DNA from: a bacterium
GTDB taxonomy: Bacteria; UBA8248; JACPRG01; G963555815
Direction: 5' to 3'
Assembly (NCBI GenBank): GCA_965218795.1
Contig: OZ244653.1
Location: 5,088,001-5,152,000, forward strand
DNA length: 64,000 nt
Part shown: positions 20,936 to 30,121 of the stretch, in pieces
Layout: every line of letters starts with the position of its first letter
How positions within the stretch are numbered: the first letter of the stretch is position 1
Notes under the pieces: generated by a model
Told to the model about the DNA's origin: nothing
Seen by the model: the letters and a program-made list of their open reading frames with translations, nothing else
Databases searched by the model: none
Made by a program: the position numbers and the translations under genes

Positions 20936-21349
20936 ATGAAAGTCAAGGATGTCTTTCAGACCATCACGAAGGGCCCGGACATCGTTCGCGAAAGCGACTC
21001 CATCCAAGACGTGATCCAACAGGTCTCCAAGGATATCAGGACTCGCTCCGTCTTTGTCGTCAATCAAGAGGAAGAGCTGGTTGGCATCATCAACGTTCGG
21101 GACCTGTTGCGCGTGGCGGGCGCCAAATACCTGCAGCGCCATACCCTGACGGTGATCCCCTACCTGACGGCACAGCGGGCCGCCGACATCATGCAGACGC
21201 CCTTCTCCGTTTCTCCTGAAGACGAGATCGACGACGCCCTCCGTTTGGCGGTCACGCATGATCTCAAGGATATTCCCGTGGTGGAAGGGGGAAAGGTCAT
21301 CGGAGATCTGAACTGCTTCGAGATCCTGTTGAACGTGGAGTTCGAATGA
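20936..21349 (+). CDS. CBS-domain protein (likely antiporter regulator)
   Basis: VVNQEEELVGII and IPVVEGGKVIG CBS pair; 1 nt after the antiporter stop. Confidence 0.88.
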   Translation: MKVKDVFQTITKGPDIVRESDSIQDVIQQVSKDIRTRSVFVVNQEEELVGIINVRDLLRVAGAKYLQRHTLTVIPYLTAQRAADIMQTPFSVSPEDEIDDALRLAVTHDLKDIPVVEGGKVIGDLNCFEILLNVEFE

Positions 21350-21369
21350 GCGGGCGAGGCCGGGCCCGG

Positions 21370-21545
21370 CAGGCTGCGGAAAAACGATGCCGGCAGGCCG
21401 TTTCGAGCGACCGCATCGTGGGTGGGCAGTCTGACCAAGGCGGCGCTGCTTCGAGGACCGTAACGCCTTGCGTCGTCACGGCGCCCCTTCGAGGTTGCGC
21501 ATTCTGGCGAGATTGAAGGCCGCGGCGGTGAGATGAACGTCCAGC
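21370..21545 (-). mobile_element. Right-end remnant of an IS5/IS1182-like element
   Basis: Minus strand LDVHLTAAAFNLARMRNLEGAP* resembles a transposase C-terminus and is followed by TTTTTCCGCAGCCTG, a typical terminal repeat. Confidence 0.6.
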
Positions 21546-21600
21546 GCAGTGGAGCAAAGTAGGGGATGTGGACCCCTGCCCAGGGGCAGGCTGGGGTGGC

Positions 21601-21810
21601 TGGATTGAGCCTGCCCCCGAAGGCTTCAGTCGGGGGCGGGAATGACGATAATTGCCGCCCCGCCTCCTCCGCAAAAGAGATCACCTGCATCCTGGATTCC
21701 CGCTTGCGCGGGAATGACGAGCAAAAGGGTTGGACAGGGGGAATTCGACGGGGGTGTGGGAATTCCGCGCTGTCTGAGCCGTTTGTCATTCCTGCGCATG
21801 CAGGAATCCA
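21601..21810. repeat. Cluster of REP/dRS3-like palindromes (GTCATTCC-N-GGAATCCA family)
   Basis: TGGATTCCCGCTTGCGCGGGAATGAC 21693-21718, GTCATTCCTGCGCATGCAGGAATCCA 21785-21810, expanded copy 21601-21646. Confidence 0.8.
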
Positions 21811-22016
21811 GAGCATTCGAAGAAGGGTGTTACGGAGTTTTTCGCTGATGTGGAGTCCCGCCCCCGACGAAGACATTGCAGTGGATCAAAGAATAATTGT
21901 GGATGCGATCAGAAAAAAATCGCGCTCATAAGGGCGACGGGCCTGAAGCCCGCCCTACCGAGATCTGGTGCGCGGTTTCATCCGCATCGGCGGGCTGTAG
22001 CAAGATGGGGGAGAAG

Positions 22017-22910
22017 ATGATGTTACTTGTCAGGCCGTTCTTCATGGGGTTCTGCCTGTGGCTGGCCGCGTGGGTGAGCGCAGCCCCGGCGTTGGCGGGG
22101 GTTTCATGCGAGGGCTGGAACACGTCGTGGTTCTTCCAGCGTGCCGGCGCGGCGGACATCTCCCGTTGCTTGAATACCGGGGCTGACCCGAACGCGCGGG
22201 ATGAAGACGGATTGACACCCTTGCACTATGCGGCGACGGAGAGCAAGACCCCGGCAATCGTGACGGCCTTGGTGAGGGCTGGATCTAACCCGAACGCGCG
22301 GGATAAAAGAGGATGGACACCCCTGCACTTGGCGGCGGTATTCAGCAAAACCCCTGCGGTCGTGAGTGCCCTGCTGGATGCCGGGGCCGAAGTGAACGCG
22401 CGGGATGAAAGAGGATGGACACCTCTGCACTGGGCGGTGGAATACAGCAAAACCTCGGCGGTCGTGACCGCTCTGGTGAAGGCCGGTGCTGACCCGAACG
22501 CGCGGGATGAAGACGGATTGACACCCTTGCACTATGCGGCGACGGAGAGCGAGACCCCGGCAATCGTGACGGCCTTGGTGAGGGCTGGATCTAACCCGAA
22601 CGCGCGGGATGAAAAAGGAAGGACCCCCCTGCACTATGCGGTGTTGAAGAGCACAACCCCGGCAGTCGTGACGGCCTTGGTGAAGGCCGGTGCCGACTTG
22701 AACGCGCGGAGCAAAAGCGGAGCGACACCCCTGCACCTGGCGGCGTTGGAGAACAAAACCTCTGTGATCGTGGCGGCGTTGCTAGACGCCGGGGCCAATC
22801 CTGCGGCGAGAGACAAAGAGGGCAAAACGCCGTGGGATCATATAAAAGCGGATTCCCCGCTCAAGGGGACGGATGTCTACTGGCGGCTGAACGATGGGCG
22901 ATTCAAGTAG
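22017..22910 (+). CDS. Secreted ankyrin-repeat protein
   Basis: Signal peptide, CEGWNT..FF cap, six 34-aa GADPNARD..G.TPLH.AA repeats. Confidence 0.95.
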   Translation: MMLLVRPFFMGFCLWLAAWVSAAPALAGVSCEGWNTSWFFQRAGAADISRCLNTGADPNARDEDGLTPLHYAATESKTPAIVTALVRAGSNPNARDKRGWTPLHLAAVFSKTPAVVSALLDAGAEVNARDERGWTPLHWAVEYSKTSAVVTALVKAGADPNARDEDGLTPLHYAATESETPAIVTALVRAGSNPNARDEKGRTPLHYAVLKSTTPAVVTALVKAGADLNARSKSGATPLHLAALENKTSVIVAALLDAGANPAARDKEGKTPWDHIKADSPLKGTDVYWRLNDGRFK

Positions 22911-23033
22911 CCCTGAACCCTAAAAATCCTTTCCTTGACCCTGGCTTGTTGTTCAAGTGGGCTGGGCGGCTCCCTATAGGCTCTCCCGGACTCGGATAAC
23001 AGAGGGGAGGAGCCGTGACAACGGCAGAGAAGA

Positions 23034-23217
23034 TGGATTCCCGCCTGCGCGGGAATGACAGATGGGTGGGGTTGCGTGACGCTGTTTCGTCATTCCTGCC
23101 TCCTGCCGGATACATGCAGGGGCAGGCCCGCGGGAAGGACGGGCTGGAGGTCACGTGGCCCATGTTCGTCATTCCTGCGCAGGCAAGGAACAGGGGGCAG
23201 GCGGCAGCAGGAATCCA
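23034..23217. repeat. Second cluster of the same palindromic repeat family
   Basis: TGGATTCCCGCCTGCGCGGGAATGAC 23034-23059; interrupted copies starting at 23089 and at 23168-23217. Confidence 0.8.
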
Positions 23218-23264
23218 GGCAACAGAGGGCGGGCTGTGAGAGAAGGACCTGAGCGCGTACCTGA

Positions 23265-23403
23265 AGACGCCTCGTCAAGACGCCTCGTCAAGTTCTACAA
23301 CAGCGAGCGCCCTCATCAGGGCTGTCGCAACATGGGCAGACGACCCATCGACACGGTCAGGAAGTTTATCCACCCTGTCAGGAAAGAAGCCTGGTCGTTC
23401 ACA
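23265..23403 (+). mobile_element. Right-end remnant of an IS481-like element
   Basis: LVKFYNSERPHQGCRNMGRRPIDTV resembles a DDE transposase C-terminus; ends in ...ACA; 13-bp tandem duplication GACGCCTCGTCAA at its left edge. Confidence 0.65.
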
Positions 23404-23446
23404 TAACCGTTGCAAAATCAAGCGGAATCCACCGGTCGGAAAAACG

Positions 23447-24631
23447 TTACACAATACCCCGCTCGCGCAAGGCGGCAATTTCCTCTCCGCCCATTCCCAA
23501 AAGCTCTTCCAGAACGGATTCGGTGTGCTCGCCGAGACCGGGCGCTCCGCGCTCGACGCGCCCCGGGGTGCGATCCAGACGCAACGGGGAGTTCACGAAG
23601 GGATAGCGGCCAATGCCGGACTGCTCCCGTTCAACAACCATCTCGCGGTGGCGGACCTGTGGGTCGGAGACGACCTTGTCGATGGTATTGACCGGTCCGC
23701 AGGGAATCTCAATGGCCGTCAGGGCGTCCAGCCATTCCTCGGTGGAGCGGGCGCGGAACAGTTCCGTCAGGGCGGCTTCGAGGGCATCCCGGTTGTAGTG
23801 GCGATCACTCCTCGCAAGAAACCGCTCATCCTTCCCCAGGTCCTCGAGACGGAGTTCCCGGCAGAACCGGCCCCACTCCTCATCTTGGACGATGGCGACG
23901 GCGATGTGGCCGTCCGCGGTCGAGAAGACTTGAAAGGGGGCGGAAAGCGGATGCCGCGACCCCAACGGCTCCGGCGTCTTGCCGGTCGCGAAATACCGGG
24001 CGATGGCGTTTTCACAGAATGCGACCTGTGCGTCCAGCATGCTGAGGTCCAGGCGCTGGCCCACTCCGCTCTGTTCTCGTTCATAGAGCGCCGCGAGCAT
24101 CCCGACACTCGCCCAGACCGAAGCGGCGAGATCTCCGATGGAGTAGCCGGCCCGGACGGGTTCTCCACCCCGCTCGCCGGTGATGCTCACCAGCCCGCCC
24201 ATGGATTGGAGGATCAGATCATAAGCCGGCCGTTGGGCGTAAGGTCCCGTCTGTCCGAAGCCGGTCACGGAGGCGTAGATCAGGCGGGGATTTCTCTTGC
24301 GGAGGGTCTCCGCCCCCAACCCCAGACGATCCATCACGCCCGGACGAAAATTCTCCACAACGATGTCGCTCCGGTCGGCGAGGCGGGCGGCGACATCCCG
24401 GCCCTCGGGCTCCTTGAGGTTCAGGGTGATGCTCTTCTTGCCGCGATTGACGCTGATGAAATAAGCGCTCTGTTCATTGACGAAGGGAACCGAGTCCCGC
24501 GACAGGTCTCCTTTCTCCATGCGTTCCACCTTGATGACCTCAGCCCCGAGGTCCGACAGAATCATCGTGCTGTACGGGCCGGCGAGAACCCGGCTGAAAT
24601 CCAGGACGCGTATGCCTTTCAGGGCACTCAA
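23447..24631 (-). CDS. CaiB/BaiF family III CoA-transferase
   Basis: LKGIRVLDFSRVLAGPY, NRGKKS, VENFRPG, GFGQTGP, PGLGEHT; TTG start after AGGGAG. Confidence 0.93.
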   Translation of the reverse strand: MSALKGIRVLDFSRVLAGPYSTMILSDLGAEVIKVERMEKGDLSRDSVPFVNEQSAYFISVNRGKKSITLNLKEPEGRDVAARLADRSDIVVENFRPGVMDRLGLGAETLRKRNPRLIYASVTGFGQTGPYAQRPAYDLILQSMGGLVSITGERGGEPVRAGYSIGDLAASVWASVGMLAALYEREQSGVGQRLDLSMLDAQVAFCENAIARYFATGKTPEPLGSRHPLSAPFQVFSTADGHIAVAIVQDEEWGRFCRELRLEDLGKDERFLARSDRHYNRDALEAALTELFRARSTEEWLDALTAIEIPCGPVNTIDKVVSDPQVRHREMVVEREQSGIGRYPFVNSPLRLDRTPGRVERGAPGLGEHTESVLEELLGMGGEEIAALRERGIV

Positions 24632-24826
24632 GGTTTTCTCCCTGCCGGGGTTGCAAAGGGTCAAGGATCGACGACGGGGCTCGCCTTCTCTCTGATCCTC
24701 CGAAGTGAGGCCCGGAGCGCCCCGGGTCTCGTCCACTGCGAAAACAGCGATTCTATTCTAAGATATAGCGGCAGGGGAAAATGATCCTGTGTCTTGTTTT
24801 GTCAAGGAGCGCGGAGGAGACGGAGT

Positions 24827-25225
24827 GTGGCCCGGAGAAGGATACTCAAGACCAAGGTGTTCAGCGTGGAGGAAGCCAATGCGCTTCTCCCTCGGCTTCG
24901 GGAGCTTTTCGAAGGGGTTCACCGGGATCTTCGGACTCAGGATGAGATGGAACCGGAAATCCGGCGCGCGGCGGAACAGGCGGAACGGGGTGGGGGGGGA
25001 GCCCCGGGAGGGACCCGCTATCTCGAGAGCGTCCTGCGGATGAAAAAGCGGCTGGCGGAGGTCCGGTCTCTCGGCGTTGAGGTCAAAGACATCCGCAAAG
25101 GTCTGTGCGATTTCCCACACCGGCGGGGAGGGAAATTGGTCTATCTCTGCTGGCATACGGGGGAGGAAAAGATAGGGTTTTGGCACGAGATCCAAAAGGG
25201 GTTCGGGGGCCGGCAGGCGATCTAG
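24827..25225 (+). CDS. DUF2203 family protein
   Basis: FSVEEANALLP, VKDIRKGLCDFP, YLCWHTGE, FWHE..GFGGR. Confidence 0.88.
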   Translation: MARRRILKTKVFSVEEANALLPRLRELFEGVHRDLRTQDEMEPEIRRAAEQAERGGGGAPGGTRYLESVLRMKKRLAEVRSLGVEVKDIRKGLCDFPHRRGGKLVYLCWHTGEEKIGFWHEIQKGFGGRQAI

Positions 25226-25230
25226 GGCCT

Positions 25231-25563
25231 GTGGAATGGCTGCGGTGGGCTTCCCGAACGCCCGGTGTGATCCAGGCGATGATGCGCCGCGGGGCCGCGT
25301 TGGTTCTCTGTCTCGGCGTGTGGTCGGCGGCAATCTTCCTGGTTTACGATTCGGCGGATCGCCTGATGGGCGGAGGCCGGGAAGGCCGGGAGATGCTGAC
25401 CGGGGTCCTGACGTTTCCGTTCTCGATCCTGGTGCTCGTTGGCGCGTTGGCCATGAGCGTCCGGCTGGTCCGGCGTTGGCCCATCATGCAGGAGGAGCTT
25501 TCCCCGGGAGAGCCGGAAGGGGGGGACAATCCCCCGCATAGCAGATCCGACGGGCCTGAGTGA
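25231..25563 (+). CDS. Hypothetical small membrane protein (2 TM)
   Basis: Two hydrophobic helices; follows DUF2203 directly; start uncertain. Confidence 0.55.
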   Translation: MEWLRWASRTPGVIQAMMRRGAALVLCLGVWSAAIFLVYDSADRLMGGGREGREMLTGVLTFPFSILVLVGALAMSVRLVRRWPIMQEELSPGEPEGGDNPPHSRSDGPE

Positions 25564-25788
25564 ACCCCGGTTGGAAGCGGACGTCGGATAGGATGGGGTT
25601 CCTGTCCAGGGGGGCTTTTGGGGGGAGGCGACGCGCCTCCGCGATATTCCGGGGTCTCAAGAGCGCCGCCGCCGGGCTGGGTAAGAGTATCGAACATGAC
25701 GAAAGTCTTGTGTCCGACGCAATCGGTGCAGGCCGCGCTTTCTCTCTGAATTCCCAAAGAACAGGGGATCACTGAGCGGCGGGTCCCG

Positions 25789-25817
25789 TTGACAAATCTC
25801 CGGCCCATGGATAACTT
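25789..25817 (+). promoter_or_regulatory. sigma70 promoter of the tRNA gene
   Basis: TTGACA-17 nt-TAACTT about 20 nt before the tRNA. Confidence 0.65.
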
Positions 25818-25835
25818 GGGAACGCTCGGCATTCA

Positions 25836-25910
25836 GGGGCGTTAGCTCAGCGGCAGAGCGCTGTCCTCACACGGCAGATGTCAGTGGTTCAAATCCACTA
25901 CGCCCCACCA
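25836..25910 (+). tRNA. tRNA-Val(CAC)
   Basis: Acceptor GGGGCGT/ACGCCCC, anticodon arm CTGTC-CTCACAC-GGCAG, GGTTCAAATCC T-arm, encoded CCA; 75 nt. Confidence 0.97.
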
Positions 25911-25998
25911 TGATTTTTTTCGCGTCGATTTGACGGACCCGGGGGAGAGGCGACATTGGACTCCTCTACGGAATTGAAACGGCTCGAATAGGCCTGAC

Positions 25999-26700
25999 TC
26001 ACGAACCGGAAGCCGCATAAACCGTTCGGTCTTCCATTCCCGCCTCGAGAAATCCCTTCTGCCGTTCGGCGCACTTGTTGCACGCCCCGCAATGCAACTC
26101 CCCCTGCGGATTGATACACGAAAAGGAAAGCTCCAGGGGAAGATTGCGCCCAAGAAGGGTGACAGCCTTCTTGGTGAGTGCCGCAAACGGTCGGGTAATG
26201 CGAATCGGGGAATCCATGGCCGACGAGAGCGCCGCTTCCATGAGCCCGAAAAACTCCGGCGTAGCGTCGGGGAAAGGGTTGTGAGCCAATACGCCGATGG
26301 CGATTTGGGGAATGTCCCGCATGGCGCAAAAAACGGCCGCCTTGGTGAGGAGGAGGACGTTTCGTCCGGGCAGATAGACGGCCGCGTCCTCGGTCTCGGC
26401 CCCCGGGACCTTCTCGCCCGTTGTGCTCCAGTGGGCTCCGTAGAGGTCTTCGACCGGCAGGTCCAGGATCGTCAGCTCGCGAATGGAATCGATCTCCAAG
26501 GCCTCGAGAAACCGGCGAAGCCAACGGGTTTCGACACTCTCCCAGCGAAGCCCCTGGCGGATGAAGACGGGATAGACGGCCGGATGGCGCTTGGCCTCCT
26601 CCTCCGCCAGGATGCAGGAGTCCAGTCCCCCGCTCACCAGTACGCAGATGGGCCGAGTCTCGTCGGATTGACCCGTCGGAATCGGGGGAGGGGAAATCAT
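25999..26700 (-). CDS. queC: 7-cyano-7-deazaguanine synthase
   Basis: VSGGLDS, YLPGRN, FPD, SFSC...HCGACNKCAER. Confidence 0.9.
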   Translation of the reverse strand: MISPPPIPTGQSDETRPICVLVSGGLDSCILAEEEAKRHPAVYPVFIRQGLRWESVETRWLRRFLEALEIDSIRELTILDLPVEDLYGAHWSTTGEKVPGAETEDAAVYLPGRNVLLLTKAAVFCAMRDIPQIAIGVLAHNPFPDATPEFFGLMEAALSSAMDSPIRITRPFAALTKKAVTLLGRNLPLELSFSCINPQGELHCGACNKCAERQKGFLEAGMEDRTVYAASGS

Positions 26701-26818
26701 CAGTGGTCCCTTCGGTGACCCGATCCTGCGATTCGGCTTCTCGTCATGCCCGGTAAATGGGGACGAATTCGCTCATCCCCCCAACGCATGCTGAAGTCAA
26801 CCCGTGCCGGGAGATTCG

Positions 26819-27979
26819 CTACTGCGTCCTTCCCCTGGCGGTGACGGGCCAGACCGCTTCGACCCGGCCGTTCCGTTCGGCAAAGGCCTCGTCGTACAGG
26901 TTGACCGTCGGACAGATATGGGTCGGAATGATCCGCACCTTATCGCCGATCCGCATGCCTGATTTCTCCGGGACCCGAATGACCCCGTGTTCATCGGACA
27001 TGTCGGTGATGATGAATTCGGGGCGCCCCTGCACAATCCCGAGACCATCGGTATGCATCATCGTGCCTTCCGGCCGCAGGTCGATGCTCAGGGCCTTGGC
27101 TCCCGCGTCCATGATCAGACGGTCCGGTGCCGGACGGTTGACGACAGTTGCAAGAACAAACGCCGCGCACCAGTCACAGTGGCCAAGAATTCCGGCCATC
27201 GAGGCGTCACAGAAAATCGACGTTCCCACCCGGACCTCGTCGATGCCGGACGGATATCCGCCGTTCCCTCCGTCGAGCATGGCGCAGTAGAACGACGGCG
27301 TTGACCCAACGCTGACGCGACACGGCCCGCCGGTCGCCTCCCGGATGGCCTCGGCCGTTTCCACCATCAGCGTCTGCGCCCTTCGGGCCTCGGCCGCAAG
27401 GCCCTCGAGCGAACCCGCCGCGTAATCGTGCCCTTCGTGCGTGAAGATGCCGCGAAGCTGGACGCCGGGTGCGTTCCGGACCTGTTCGGCCACCTCGACG
27501 GCGGCCTGAACCGATGGCCGGCCCTGGCGGCCCTGTCCGGTATCGATCTCGATCATCACGTCCAGCGGCTCATTCTCGTGGACGAAGGCTCCGGAAAGAA
27601 TGTCTACATGGTCCGGAAGGTCCACTCCTACGCAGAGACGGCACTGCCGGGAGAGCGCGATCAACCGGCGAAGCTTCGGCTCCCCGACGATGACGTGGGC
27701 GATGAAGATGTCCGCGATGCCGTTGGCCGCCATCACCTCGGCCTCGCCGATCTTGGCGGCCGTGATCCCCACGGCTCCCCCGCCAATCTGCCGGTGTGCA
27801 ACGGGCGGCATCTTGTGAGTCTTGATGTGGGGGCGCAACTCGACACCGGCTTTCGCAGCCAGGGAGGCGGCCCGCCGAATGTTCTCTTCCATTGCGTCCA
27901 GGTCGATGATCAGCGCGGGGGTGTCGAGCGCAATCGCCCATCGGCCGATCATTGGGGAGGCGAAGCTCGAATGATTCAT
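26819..27979 (-). CDS. D-threonine aldolase / D-serine dehydratase-like PLP enzyme (alanine racemase fold)
   Basis: LDTPALIID, RPHIKTHK, THEGH, GSTP, DAGAKAL, SDEHG, HICPTVN. Confidence 0.9.
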   Translation of the reverse strand: MNHSSFASPMIGRWAIALDTPALIIDLDAMEENIRRAASLAAKAGVELRPHIKTHKMPPVAHRQIGGGAVGITAAKIGEAEVMAANGIADIFIAHVIVGEPKLRRLIALSRQCRLCVGVDLPDHVDILSGAFVHENEPLDVMIEIDTGQGRQGRPSVQAAVEVAEQVRNAPGVQLRGIFTHEGHDYAAGSLEGLAAEARRAQTLMVETAEAIREATGGPCRVSVGSTPSFYCAMLDGGNGGYPSGIDEVRVGTSIFCDASMAGILGHCDWCAAFVLATVVNRPAPDRLIMDAGAKALSIDLRPEGTMMHTDGLGIVQGRPEFIITDMSDEHGVIRVPEKSGMRIGDKVRIIPTHICPTVNLYDEAFAERNGRVEAVWPVTARGRTQ

Positions 27980-28025
27980 CGTGCGAGACCTGGGGATATC
28001 CTGCGATCAAGCCGAAGGTTCGGAA

Positions 28026-29003
28026 CTAGTGCGCCTCGACGCCCGGATAGTAAAGGTGCGGCTTGGCCTCATGGGCCTTGCCGATAATTTCTTCCACCGA
28101 ACCACAACCCCGTTCGGCCAGGTAATCTCGAATGCCGTCGATAATCTTCGGCATGACCATCGGGTCGTAAAAATTGGCCGTTCCGACCTGGAGGGCCCGG
28201 GCTCCCGCCAGGAGATACTCCAGGGCGTCCCGGGCGTTCTCGATACCGCCGCACCCGATGACCGGAGCGCCCAGCTTTTCCACGACCATCCACACGTGGC
28301 GGACGACCATGGGCCGAATGGCGGGACCGGATAGACCGCCCGTTGTGAAGCCCAGGATCGGTCTCTGTTCATCCACGTCGATGGACATCGCGGGGTAGGT
28401 GTTGCCGATGCAGAGCGCGTCCGCGCCTCCCTCCATGGCCGCGGAAGCCATTTCGACGATATCCGTCACGGCCGGTCCGAGCTTGGAGATGATGGGGATG
28501 CCCGCGGCCTCCCGGCACATCTTCGTCACCCGAAACATGGATTCCGCGCTGTTGGCGAAGGGGGCCGCCTCAGCGTGGTTCGGACAAGAGAGATCGAGCT
28601 CAATGGCGGCGATGCCTTCCTGTCCATTGAGCTTTTCAGACGCCCGTTGAAAATCCTCCTCCAGGAGGCCGCCAATGCTGGCGATGACGGCCGCTCCGGT
28701 TTGCCGCATGAATGGAAGCTGCTCGGCGATAAACTGCTCCGTCCCCTTGGAGGGGGTACCGATGGCATTGAGCATGCCCTCGGGGGTTTCCTGAACCCGA
28801 TCGGGAGAGTTTCCGGGCCGTGTCAGGTCCATAAAGGTCTTGTTGACGATCCCCCCCAGGATTCCCAGATCGTAGGCGTGGGCGAACTCGCGTCCGTAAT
28901 TGAAGCAGCCGGACGCCGGCATCACTGGGTTTTGGAGATGGATCCGCCCCAGATGGGTCTCCAGAGCGGGGGAGGGCGCGCCGTGATCGTTCCGATCGTT
29001 CAT
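28026..29003 (-). CDS. pyrD: Dihydroorotate dehydrogenase type B, catalytic subunit (PyrD-like)
   Basis: NPVMPASG, GMLNAIG, LSCPN, GGLSGPAIRP, IGCGGI, QVGTA. Confidence 0.88.
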   Translation of the reverse strand: MNDRNDHGAPSPALETHLGRIHLQNPVMPASGCFNYGREFAHAYDLGILGGIVNKTFMDLTRPGNSPDRVQETPEGMLNAIGTPSKGTEQFIAEQLPFMRQTGAAVIASIGGLLEEDFQRASEKLNGQEGIAAIELDLSCPNHAEAAPFANSAESMFRVTKMCREAAGIPIISKLGPAVTDIVEMASAAMEGGADALCIGNTYPAMSIDVDEQRPILGFTTGGLSGPAIRPMVVRHVWMVVEKLGAPVIGCGGIENARDALEYLLAGARALQVGTANFYDPMVMPKIIDGIRDYLAERGCGSVEEIIGKAHEAKPHLYYPGVEAH

Positions 29004-29878
29004 GGGTGATTTCCCCAATCCAGAATCACGGACTCCGCTGGAAACGCGGGTCCCTCCATGCATACGAGACCATAGCGGAAGTTTCCGTCAGGTCCGAGGA
29101 GCGGTGCGGCGCAGCCCACACAGATGCCCGTTCCGCAAGCCATCCGGTACTCCAGGAAGATGTATCCGCGGACTCCGTTATCCGATGTGACCTCCTGAAC
29201 CAGCCGGCCCATGCGGCGGGAGCCGCAGGTGAAGAGAAAGCCAATCAGGCCCTGCCGGAGCCACTCGTCGACCACTTGGGCCGGTTGATCGGCAGAGTCA
29301 CCCGCTTCGTCCGTCGCTGTGACAATCTCCGCGCCGAGTTCACGGAGCGTTTCCACACCGAGCAGAAGTCGGTCTTCTCGTGCGGACACGAGCCCGTAGC
29401 AGGGTAGGCCGATGTCCTTGCATCCTTGGGCGATCCGAACCATGGGGGTCACGCCGGCTCCTCGGGCAATAAAACCGACGCCCGGCTTGCAGTCTTCGAG
29501 ATCCAGCCTCGCTCCGGCGGGTGCGACAACTTCGATCGGGTCGTCCGTACGCAAACCCGCGAGTTCAGCCGTCCCCTGGCCCTTGATCTTGATGAGAACC
29601 TCGAAAGTGCCTTGGTCCGGATGGGTCCGGTAGACGTCGAAAGGCCGCGGCAGGAGCATTCCGTCCCACTTCCCGGGTCGGAGCATGACGAACTGACCCG
29701 GTCCGGTCCACTGCGCCGCATGGGGCGCTTCGATCTCCAACAACCAATACTTTTCGGCGATGTGGTCCACCCGGACCATCCGGCCCGTTTCGGCCTTCCA
29801 ACGGGCTTCCGCCGGAAAGTCGTTGGGCGGGATTGAAATGGAGTGATTTGGTTCGGCCACCTCATGACCCCCGAACAA
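29000..29878 (-). CDS. pyrK: Dihydroorotate dehydrogenase electron-transfer subunit (PyrK-like)
   Basis: PGQFVML..RPF, GAGVTP, MACGTGICVGC...VCMEGP 2Fe-2S motif; overlaps pyrD. Confidence 0.85.
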   Translation of the reverse strand: MFGGHEVAEPNHSISIPPNDFPAEARWKAETGRMVRVDHIAEKYWLLEIEAPHAAQWTGPGQFVMLRPGKWDGMLLPRPFDVYRTHPDQGTFEVLIKIKGQGTAELAGLRTDDPIEVVAPAGARLDLEDCKPGVGFIARGAGVTPMVRIAQGCKDIGLPCYGLVSAREDRLLLGVETLRELGAEIVTATDEAGDSADQPAQVVDEWLRQGLIGFLFTCGSRRMGRLVQEVTSDNGVRGYIFLEYRMACGTGICVGCAAPLLGPDGNFRYGLVCMEGPAFPAESVILDWGNHP

Positions 29879-30121
29879 GGAGAGGGACCTATGCCCCCTC
29901 GTACAAATTCCCTGAATGGATTGAAAAGCCTTTCATTGTGGATTTTTAGAGGGTTTCCGGAGGTCCGTCAAGCCATGCGGAAGCCGTTCACGGCGAAACC
30001 GGATAGACGTATCCATTGATTTTGTCTTCCGAATCCGGGTGGGGACCGCGTCATTGGAGGTAATGGCTATTTTTCGGATGGATCCAATCCAAATCCTGGA
30101 AAGCCTGAATCAGCGTCATGC

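Noticed and set aside
21570-23220. Palindromic repeats as a CRISPR array or integron attC sites
   Set aside because: Irregular spacing, mixed orientation and variable length; no cas or integrase gene in the window.
25999-26700. queC as part of a 7-deazaguanine DNA-modification or QatC-type defence system
   Set aside because: Normal QueC length and no dpdA, qat or other partner genes adjacent.
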